Shown here: piece by piece, positions 24,584-32,000 of the stretch
Layout: every line of letters starts with the position of its first letter
Position numbering within the stretch: position 1 is the first letter of the stretch
NCBI GenBank assembly: GCA_030149205.1
Contig: JASBSB010000001.1
Location: forward strand, 750,001 to 782,000
Direction of reading: 5' to 3'
Source of the DNA: Candidatus Heimdallarchaeota archaeon
GTDB taxonomy: Archaea; Asgardarchaeota; Heimdallarchaeia; Heimdallarchaeales; Kariarchaeaceae
DNA length: 32,000 nt
Position numbers and translations under genes: made by a program
Notes under the pieces: model-generated
Seen by the model: the letters and a program-made list of their open reading frames with translations, nothing else
What the model was told of the DNA's origin: nothing
The model's database searches: none

Positions 24584-25483
24584 ATGAAAGTAGCAGTTGT
24601 ACAGATTGCCCCTGTGTTTTTGGATAAGACAGCAACTTGGCAAAAGCTAAAAACGTACATTTTAGATGGGGTGAAACAGGGTGTCAAAATTTTTACTTGG
24701 GGAGAGACACTTCTCCCAGGTTATCCACAGTGGCTTTCAGAAACCAATGGAGCAAGCTTTGATGATGAGAACCAGAAGCTGGCTTACAATAAGTACTGGC
24801 AGGAGTCATTGACCTTGGATGATCCTATTGTTAAAGAGATGCAGGCTATATGTAAAGAGCATGAGGTGATGCTTATAGGTGGAATCTCAGAACGAAAATC
24901 TGGTTCAGTTTATTGTAGTGCTCTAAAAATTGACTTTGATGGGACAGTTTTGGGAACACATAAGAAGATAAAACCTACCTACGAAGAGAGGCTTATCTGG
25001 GCAGATGGTGATGGTAAAGGCTTAAAGGTTCACCCTACACCTGAAGGAAAGATAGGTGTCTTAAACTGCTGGGAAAACTGGATTCCGTATCCACGTGCAT
25101 ATCTCCACAGCCTTGAGGAGTTTATCCATGTGTCTCTCTGGCCAGGGAGCTTGGGGCTTACTGAACAGATCTCTAAGTTCATTGCAAAGGAGGGAAGATA
25201 CTATGTCATCGCTGCAAGCGCAATTCTAAGAGGTGAAGATTTTGCTCATCTTGACACTGAAGAATTTCCCTTCAAAGAGCAAATGATGAAAAAAGATGTT
25301 CATAAGAATGGTGGGTCATTGATTGTTAGTCCCAAAGGCGAAGTTATTGCAGGCCCATTGCTAAATGAAGAAGGGTTGTTAACCGCAGACATCAATATGG
25401 ATTTGGTGATACAAGAACGCCAAAATTTTGACTATTCTGGTCATTATTCCAGAGATGACATCTTTGAGTTGGTCAAAAATTGA
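24584..25483 (+). CDS. Nitrilase (carbon-nitrogen hydrolase family)
   Basis: ETLLPGYP (Glu), HKKIKPTYEERLIW (Lys), LNCWEN (Cys), FDYSGHYSRDD. Confidence 0.93.
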   Translation: MKVAVVQIAPVFLDKTATWQKLKTYILDGVKQGVKIFTWGETLLPGYPQWLSETNGASFDDENQKLAYNKYWQESLTLDDPIVKEMQAICKEHEVMLIGGISERKSGSVYCSALKIDFDGTVLGTHKKIKPTYEERLIWADGDGKGLKVHPTPEGKIGVLNCWENWIPYPRAYLHSLEEFIHVSLWPGSLGLTEQISKFIAKEGRYYVIAASAILRGEDFAHLDTEEFPFKEQMMKKDVHKNGGSLIVSPKGEVIAGPLLNEEGLLTADINMDLVIQERQNFDYSGHYSRDDIFELVKN

Positions 25484-25652
25484 ACTTCACAGGGTTCTCG
25501 TAGATCTAACATCCCTTGACTAGTATTAGGAAAATTACCTCTAGATTAACAATTCTGTGATTAAACATTATTTATCGAATATAATTGTTAGGAATCTATA
25601 GTTTGACTTCAATATAGAGTGATTAGTTTAACTTTTGAAGTATCTCCCTTTG

Positions 25653-26069
25653 TTATTGAACGACATTAATTAAATTATGAAATCCCGAATCAAAGGAAAT
25701 TAAATTCGAAATCTTGTACTCTCTACAGTGAGCAATGATTAAACAATCAGTAAAGCTAAGTGCCTTTCTTTCTCTTTCTTGCTTTGAAAATATTACGCCA
25801 GCTAGATGGAGGGTACTCTCATTTGAGAACAATATTTTACCAAAACTTTTTCCCTCTTCAATCCACTCTTTAACAAGTCGGTTTGCTACAATCTGAGAAT
25901 TTTTTCTTTGAAAATATGTAAATAGCTCATCCAATACATCAAGCGATGTATAAATCTTACCATATTGGTTTTCTTTCAACTTAAGGAATAAGTTCATTGC
26001 TTTTTTATGATATTTATCCCTGGAATTATAAAACGCAACATAAAAACCTGTATCCAAAAATACAGCCAC
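25653..26069 (-). CDS. vapC: PIN-domain ribonuclease toxin VapC
   Basis: FLDTG, LDELFTY, SFTDCLI, SFDSGF acidic tetrad; 138 aa. Confidence 0.93.
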   Translation of the reverse strand: MAVFLDTGFYVAFYNSRDKYHKKAMNLFLKLKENQYGKIYTSLDVLDELFTYFQRKNSQIVANRLVKEWIEEGKSFGKILFSNESTLHLAGVIFSKQERERKALSFTDCLIIAHCREYKISNLISFDSGFHNLINVVQ

Positions 26070-26336
26070 TCAATCCTCACCATAGATAATGTCATCGATT
26101 TGGGTTGAATCTGATAGCCCTAAATCAGAGATAGAATCCATTAATCCATCCCAATTTATCTTTTGATCATTTACATCATCGACAATGAGGTCAACTATTG
26201 TCTCTTTTGAATAATACAGTAAATAATGCAATAATTGATCATGAGTGATCTTTTTCCCGCTTTGCAACAAAATTTTTGCCTGTAACCGGTCTAATTCGAT
26301 TTTATCAGCATCTTGAATACGAACAGTTGTAGTCAT
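26070..26336 (-). CDS. vapB: Putative antitoxin (RHH-like), VapB
   Basis: 88 aa; beta-strand TTVRI then two helices; acidic C-terminus; stop abuts the vapC start with no gap. Confidence 0.75.
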   Translation of the reverse strand: MTTTVRIQDADKIELDRLQAKILLQSGKKITHDQLLHYLLYYSKETIVDLIVDDVNDQKINWDGLMDSISDLGLSDSTQIDDIIYGED

Positions 26337-26636
26337 GTATCTTCAATATACAAGTATTCCTAAAATATATAAATTTATTGAGAAATTCAAGTGAATTGAG
26401 GGTTTTGTGATGTAAAAGTCATTACTAAGATGTTAATCGTGTGAAAACACCACTGAGTTAATCAAAGTCTCAATATGGGAAACGTAATGATACATATAAT
26501 CTTGGTTCTGACTCTTATTTCATTTGTACTAAGATTCTCAAAACTCTGGTGTGTGAAAAAGTGGATAAAAACCAATATCTTACATTTTTCCATTCAAAAA
26601 GAACTAAATTTATATTTTTCCAACAAATGACACAAT

Positions 26637-26897
26637 ATGAATTGCACAGAGTGTGGGGAGAGTGTCGCTTATGATGCAAAATTCTGTCCGAACTGTGGAA
26701 CGAATTTGATGAAATCCACAAAACCAGAGAACCGAAACACCTGTTTCTGGTGTGGTGGAACAAACTTTAGCAAAGAAGAGGGAAGGTTAGACAGCAAGTG
26801 GGGGATGACTTCACACAAATTCATTCTTTTGATCTGTAGCACATGTGGCTATGTTCATCAGTTTTATGAGGGTCGCTCAGTTTTTGATTTTGATTGA
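26637..26897 (+). CDS. Small double zinc-ribbon protein
   Basis: CTEC-x10-CPNC and CFWC...CSTCG pairs; followed by a T9 tract. Confidence 0.8.
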   Translation: MNCTECGESVAYDAKFCPNCGTNLMKSTKPENRNTCFWCGGTNFSKEEGRLDSKWGMTSHKFILLICSTCGYVHQFYEGRSVFDFD

Positions 26898-26910
26898 AGG
26901 AAACGGATAA

Positions 26911-26919
26911 TTTTTTTTT
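26911..26919 (+). terminator. Oligo-T tract, possible archaeal-type terminator
   Basis: T9 run 13 nt after the zinc-ribbon gene stop. Confidence 0.4.
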
Positions 26920-27073
26920 AAGAGAACCTTGGTATAATCGGCACAAGTATTATTTCTGACTTCAAACTCTTATTTTTTGTACATTTTATCAAATTTAATT
27001 TACAATTTTTGCTTTGCGGTTAGCAACTCATTTATAAAAATAAATCAATCAAAGCAAAGAATCTGATTTTTAA

Positions 27074-28015
27074 ATGAGGGATAATTCAATAAAATTCAGT
27101 TTTAGAAGGTGGTTTAGTCGTAATGATGTGTACGTGTACACAGGTATTTTAGTTTTATATCCAACTATTGTTACTCTGATGGCTTACACTAGGCTATTAA
27201 ACAAATTACCTGATACAATCATTGTTGGGAGTATTATGTCCATACCAATAATCTCTGGTACTTTGTTCTTCATGTTAGTTTTTTTAATACCTGGAAAAGC
27301 GTTCAACTCTCGCCAGGATCATATTAATCCAAATCTTTCCCAACAGAGGGTTAACTGGGGATTTGGTTCAGTTTTGGAGGTTGAACCTAACCTTATCAGA
27401 GTGGTATCCAAGACTCCCAATAGAATAAGTCCATTCTTTTTGCTAGTAATTGGACTGGATCTAGTTTATGATTCCATTTTTTATCTTTTGTTATACAAAT
27501 TTAGCTTTGGTTCTCTTGGTCAATCATTGGGTACTCTTATAGAGATATTATATATTTTTACAGTTTTGTTATTCGTGATAGTTTTTGGGGTGTCAGCCAT
27601 ATTTGGATTCATTTTTTTTGATAGAAAGAGGAAGGGAGGTTTAACAGCTCTATCAACAAAAACAGAACTTAAAAAAGTCAACACCGATGAATACAGGCTT
27701 ACCCTGTATGGAAGGTCTGAAAGCCCCATTGTTGTAATGTATCCAAGGGCATTGCTTAAAAGCATCCAGATCAGCAATTTTCAAAAGAAGATAAACAACA
27801 CAAAAAATGATTCTCATTACAACCAATTTAACACGGGGGTATTTTCTCCTATTAGAATCTATAGTTTAGATGGATTAAAATTTGAAATTGGTGAGGGGAA
27901 GGGAAGAATAAAGGAAGGAAAAGAATTTCTAAACTCAGATTTTTTAACAGCGTTTGGTAACGATGATAGACAGAAGTTAGAAGAGTTGGCTGAATATTGT
28001 ATGAAGTGGACTTAG
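27074..28015 (+). CDS. Hypothetical membrane protein (4 TM plus soluble C-terminal domain)
   Basis: Two pairs of hydrophobic helices; no family motif recognised. Confidence 0.65.
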   Translation: MRDNSIKFSFRRWFSRNDVYVYTGILVLYPTIVTLMAYTRLLNKLPDTIIVGSIMSIPIISGTLFFMLVFLIPGKAFNSRQDHINPNLSQQRVNWGFGSVLEVEPNLIRVVSKTPNRISPFFLLVIGLDLVYDSIFYLLLYKFSFGSLGQSLGTLIEILYIFTVLLFVIVFGVSAIFGFIFFDRKRKGGLTALSTKTELKKVNTDEYRLTLYGRSESPIVVMYPRALLKSIQISNFQKKINNTKNDSHYNQFNTGVFSPIRIYSLDGLKFEIGEGKGRIKEGKEFLNSDFLTAFGNDDRQKLEELAEYCMKWT

Positions 28016-28201
28016 GCAAAAATAACCAAGATTCTTTGAGAGGGAAGAATACAATGATTAATTATAGATTTAGTAAAACAAACTTCTGACTCTAATGTTC
28101 ATCTATAGATGGGACTTCAGTTTTCAGTTCTCATAAATTCATTCCAATTTCATAATAAACAAAGGAAAAACCCTAATATACACTATAAGAGTATGTCATA
28201 G

Positions 28202-29335
28202 ATGACTAAAAAATATATTTTTTCCTCGGAATCTGTGACTGAGGGACATCCAGATAAAATTGCGGATCAGATTTCAGATGCAGTCCTAGACGAGATGATA
28301 AGTGGAGACAGCCATTCAAGAGTTGCCTGTGAGACATTTGTAACCACGGGGTTAGTTCTGATAGGAGGTGAGATTCACACAGATTCCTATGTTAATTTGC
28401 AGAGAGTTGTGAGAGATACAGTAAAAGACATAGGTTATATCCACCCGGATATTGGGTTTTATTACAAAGATGTGAGTGTCATCAATGTGATCCATGAGCA
28501 ATCTGTTGATATAGCCCAGGGAGTCAAAAGAGACACAATGGAAGAACAGGGAGCTGGAGATCAGGGAATTATGTTTGGCTACGCAGTTGATCATACTGAG
28601 GAACTGATGCCGTTACCTATAATGCTTTCTCATGATTTGACGAAAGGGTTAGCAAAGCTTCGTAAATCTGGAAAGTTATCTTATCTCAGACCTGATGGAA
28701 AGTCACAGGTTGCAATAAACTATGTGGAAGGGAAACCAGCCTCTGCCTATAAAGCCGTTATTGCAGCACAACACACTGAGGAGGTAGATCAAGCCAAGAT
28801 TCAGGAGGATCTTCAAGAGCTTCTCATTGAGCCTGTGCTTGGGGATTATTTCACAAAAGATACTAAGATGATAGTGAATGGAACTGGGAAGTTTGTCATT
28901 GGAGGGCCACATGGAGATGCTGGTTTAACTGGGAGAAAGATCATTGTAGATACCTATGGTGGGGCTGGATTCCATGGTGGTGGGGCGTTTTCAGGAAAGG
29001 ATCCCTCGAAGGTTGACCGCAGTGGTTCTTATGTCGCAAGATATATTGCTAAAAACGTTGTAAACTCAGGATATGCCAAGGAGGTGAGTGTACAGATAGC
29101 TTATTCCATTGGAGTCTCAGAACCCTTCTCCTTCATGGTTGACACGAGAGGAACAGGTACAATACCAGACGAGGAGATAGAGAAGAAGGTAAGAAATTCC
29201 ATTGATCTTCGTCCGGGGGTTATGATTGATACCCTTGACCTAAAGCGTCCAATCTATAGACCTACTGCCAGTTATGGCCACTTTGGAAGACATGACATTG
29301 ATGCACCTTGGGAAAAACTGGATCTCTTTGATTAA
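28202..29335 (+). CDS. metK: S-adenosylmethionine synthetase, bacterial/eukaryotic type
   Basis: SESVTEGHPDK, GAGDQGIMFGYA, RPDGKSQV, GGPHGDAGLTGRKIIVDTYGG, GGGAFSGKDPSKVDRS, YGHFGR. Confidence 0.98.
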   Translation: MTKKYIFSSESVTEGHPDKIADQISDAVLDEMISGDSHSRVACETFVTTGLVLIGGEIHTDSYVNLQRVVRDTVKDIGYIHPDIGFYYKDVSVINVIHEQSVDIAQGVKRDTMEEQGAGDQGIMFGYAVDHTEELMPLPIMLSHDLTKGLAKLRKSGKLSYLRPDGKSQVAINYVEGKPASAYKAVIAAQHTEEVDQAKIQEDLQELLIEPVLGDYFTKDTKMIVNGTGKFVIGGPHGDAGLTGRKIIVDTYGGAGFHGGGAFSGKDPSKVDRSGSYVARYIAKNVVNSGYAKEVSVQIAYSIGVSEPFSFMVDTRGTGTIPDEEIEKKVRNSIDLRPGVMIDTLDLKRPIYRPTASYGHFGRHDIDAPWEKLDLFD

Positions 29336-29730
29336 TTTGACACATGATTTGTTTTGTATGTAAAGAGTATCAGCTGTTTAATTTAAACCTACAATTAAGT
29401 ATCCAGCTCTATTGATTAGCCCAGGGATAATTGAAATTCCAGTTATACAATCATAGATCCCTAAATCCCGCACCAATAAAGATATTAAAGAATTAGTGGA
29501 ATTTTAGGAAATCAGCCGTAATTCAAACTAGAAAGTCCAGTTATCGTATCCATTTTTACTAATATTACCGCATTTATTTGTATGATGAAAATTTTATCAG
29601 AATCAACCTCAAGACATTGATAATGAAACAGATGATTGATTAGATTTATATAGGTTAAATTAACTGAGCGATTTAGTGTTATTTAGACATATAATTATAT
29701 GGGCGAAGAATATCAAGCTGAGGGGTTTAA

Positions 29731-31329
29731 TTGGGTAAAGAAGCAGAATCAGGATTGCTGACCAATGTCTCGATGGAACGATATTCGGAGATTGTGAACG
29801 AGAAATCATTAGGCTTTGTATACAAATTGGTTGATGAGTTTGGTTCGAGGGCAGAATTATTACTAGAGGATAGAATAAAGGTTAAGGAGCAGATAAAAAA
29901 AAGGATGCACCCTGACTTCTTGGAGGAAACAAGATCAGTCAGAGAAGGGGATTGGAAAGTTTCTCCTTTTCCCAAAGAGGTTGCCGATAGAAGAATTGAG
30001 ATTACGGGACCTGTGAACAGGAAGATGGTTATTAATGCTTTAAATTCTGGAGCAAACGTCTTTATGGCAGATTTTGAAGATTCAAATTCTCCAACATGGG
30101 AGAACTGTATCCTAGGACAAATAAACCTTAAAGATGCAGTTCAAGGTCGGTTGGCCTATGATTCACCAGAGGGGAAAAAATATAGGGTCAGGAATGACCC
30201 AGCTGTGCTTTTTGTTAGACCTAGAGGTTTGCATCTTTTTGAAGTCCACTTAAAGTACAAAGGTTCACCTATCCCAGCCTCACTGATCGATTTTGGGCTA
30301 TACTTTTTTAACAATGCCAAACAGTTGGTTCAGAAAGGAAGTGCTCCATACTTTTATCTCCCTAAATTACAGTCTTATCATGAAGCAAAGCTTTGGGATG
30401 ATATTTTCACTTTTGCTGAGCAGTACCTTGGGTTAGAGCATGGAATAACAAAGGCAACTGTTCTGATTGAGCACATCTTGGCATCTTTTCAGATGGATGA
30501 GATTCTTTATGCCCTAAAGGATCATTCACTTGGATTGAATTGTGGTCGCTGGGATTATATCTTTAGTTTTATCAAAACTTTCGCTGATAATCCAAAGTTC
30601 ATTCTCCCTGACAGGAGCAGTATTACCATGGATAAGGGATTTTTGAATGCGTATGTACAACTTCTCATTCAGACCTGCCATAAAAGAGGTACATTTGCAA
30701 TGGGTGGAATGGCAGCACAGATCCCAATTAGTTCGAATCATGAGGCTAGCATGACAGCTCTTGATAAGGTTTACAAAGATAAGTTGAGAGAGGTTAAAGC
30801 AGGTCATGATGGAACCTGGATTGCACATCCAGGTCTCTTGGAGGTTGCAAGAAAACCGTTTGATGAATTCATGCCCACTCCAAATCAGATTCATAAGAAA
30901 ATCTCTGAAAGGATTATCTCTCAGACTGATCTACTAGAGGTTCCAGAAGGAAGTATCACAGAGGAGGGAGTGCGCTTAAATATCAATGTAGGACTGCAAT
31001 ACCTTACCAACTGGTTGGCAGGGAATGGGTGTGTTGCGATTAACCACCTGATGGAGGATGCAGCCACAGCTGAAATTAGCAGGTCACAACTTTGGCAATG
31101 GCTTCATAATTCAGTGACACTGGATGACGGTAAGGAGTTTAACAAAAACCTGTTTAATCAGTGGCTAGAGGAGGAGAGAAATAAACTCTCTGCAGGATCG
31201 CTTGTATCTTTAGAAAAAGAGCTATCACTGGCAGAGCAACTATTCAGAGAATTAACAGAACAGGAGACAATCGAGGAATTTTTGACAGTTCCCGCCTATT
31301 CTCTACTCTTAGGAGATGAATTAACATGA
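29731..31329 (+). CDS. aceB: Malate synthase A (start uncertain: TTG 29731 or ATG 29773)
   Basis: [73 protein letters not shown]. Confidence 0.97.
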   Translation: MGKEAESGLLTNVSMERYSEIVNEKSLGFVYKLVDEFGSRAELLLEDRIKVKEQIKKRMHPDFLEETRSVREGDWKVSPFPKEVADRRIEITGPVNRKMVINALNSGANVFMADFEDSNSPTWENCILGQINLKDAVQGRLAYDSPEGKKYRVRNDPAVLFVRPRGLHLFEVHLKYKGSPIPASLIDFGLYFFNNAKQLVQKGSAPYFYLPKLQSYHEAKLWDDIFTFAEQYLGLEHGITKATVLIEHILASFQMDEILYALKDHSLGLNCGRWDYIFSFIKTFADNPKFILPDRSSITMDKGFLNAYVQLLIQTCHKRGTFAMGGMAAQIPISSNHEASMTALDKVYKDKLREVKAGHDGTWIAHPGLLEVARKPFDEFMPTPNQIHKKISERIISQTDLLEVPEGSITEEGVRLNINVGLQYLTNWLAGNGCVAINHLMEDAATAEISRSQLWQWLHNSVTLDDGKEFNKNLFNQWLEEERNKLSAGSLVSLEKELSLAEQLFRELTEQETIEEFLTVPAYSLLLGDELT

Positions 31330-32000
31330 AAATCGAAGAGTCAAAAGAAGAATTTACACAGAGATTATCTGAGGAATGGAGAACCAATCCCAGATGGAAG
31401 CAGATCGAACGCAGATATACAGCACATGATGTATGGAAATTAAGAGGAACGTTCCATGAGAAACAGAGTCTGGCGGAATATGGGGCAAACAAGCTCTGGA
31501 AATTGCTCCATGATAGACCTTTGGTCAGAACTTTAGGGGCCCTTACGGGTAATCAAGCTGTGCAAATGGTTGAAGCAGGATTGGAAGCAATCTATGTGAG
31601 TGGATGGCAGGTTGCAGCAGATATGAACGAAGCAGGTGAAATGTACCCAGATCAAAGCTTATATCCAGCAGATAGTGCACCAAAGCTAGTCAAGAGAATA
31701 AATAATGCCTTTCAAAGAACTGATCAAATAATGCATCTTGCTGGTGAAAGTACAAGAGACTGGTTTGCACCAATTGTCGCAGATGGTGAGGCTGGATTTG
31801 GGGGGGTGTTAAATGTCTATGAATTTATGAAAGCCATGATCAGAGCCGGGGCAGCTGGGGTACATTTTGAAGACCAACTTTCAGCCTATAAAAAATGTGG
31901 ACACCTTGGTGGCAAGGTTCTTGTCAGCACTCAGTCATTTATAGATACACTTGTCGCTGCACGACTGTCAGCAGACGTGCAATCAGTTCCAACTATACTC
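31326..32000 (+). CDS. aceA: Isocitrate lyase, 5' part (runs off the window; not in the ORF track)
   Basis: Hand translation [10 protein letters not shown]...[11 protein letters not shown]...MYPDQSLYP...[12 protein letters not shown]...[25 protein letters not shown] overlap with the aceB stop. Confidence 0.97.
   Translation, partial: MKIEESKEEFTQRLSEEWRTNPRWKQIERRYTAHDVWKLRGTFHEKQSLAEYGANKLWKLLHDRPLVRTLGALTGNQAVQMVEAGLEAIYVSGWQVAADMNEAGEMYPDQSLYPADSAPKLVKRINNAFQRTDQIMHLAGESTRDWFAPIVADGEAGFGGVLNVYEFMKAMIRAGAAGVHFEDQLSAYKKCGHLGGKVLVSTQSFIDTLVAARLSADVQSVPTIL

Noticed and set aside
26475..26630. 51-codon hydrophobic ORF upstream of the zinc-ribbon gene
   Set aside because: No motif; lies in an AT-rich divergent promoter region where such ORFs arise by chance
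28016..28201. SAM riboswitch upstream of metK
   Set aside because: No SAM-I consensus elements or paired stems seen
29699..29760. Upstream ATG ORF and GGGTTTA slippery-like heptamer before malate synthase (possible programmed frameshift)
   Set aside because: The heptamer is in the wrong phase for the ATG frame, and a -1 shift meets TAA at 29728; TTG 29731 or ATG 29773 suffices
2128..31492. Short ORFs in the track that overlap longer genes in antisense or alternative frames (e.g. 2128, 2485, 3000, 4273, 6957, 7597, 9811, 10608, 12135, 12393, 14407, 18648, 20034, 21250, 22973, 23238, 24499, 26515, 27520, 28352, 28703, 29727, 30526, 31244)
   Set aside because: Shadow ORFs of well-supported genes, with no motifs of their own

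Overview
AT-rich prokaryotic window, probably archaeal. TATA-like boxes lie close to start codons, SD motifs are weak and T-tract terminators occur. The gene mix would fit an Asgard/Heimdallarchaeia-type genome, but that is inference only. Housekeeping and metabolic genes: M50 and M20 peptidases, DUF998-like protein, tspO, feoA-feoB-feoC, EamA transporter, alpha/beta-hydrolase, amidase, nitrilase, vapBC, bacterial-type metK, and aceB-aceA (aceA runs off the right edge). Three accessory elements stand out. (1) 16.7-21.9 kb looks like a polymorphic toxin-immunity locus. It has a secreted precursor (signal peptide, minimal caspase/gingipain-fold His-Cys peptidase, hydrophobic tip) followed by a multi-pass membrane protein. 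An orphan tip cassette sharing a ~92% identical junction repeat follows with its own membrane partner, then several decayed partner-gene remnants. (2) 5.4-10.4 kb is a coupled operon of a beta-CASP metallo-beta-lactamase nuclease, a GrpE-like protein and a non-canonical Hsp70 with a HEAT-like tail, a candidate defence/conflict system. (3) 14.9-16.1 kb holds an 11-bp-phased T(T/C)ATC array upstream of a homologue of the M. tuberculosis Rv3378c terpenyl transferase family. All family assignments are by motif recognition and hand alignment; no searches were run.
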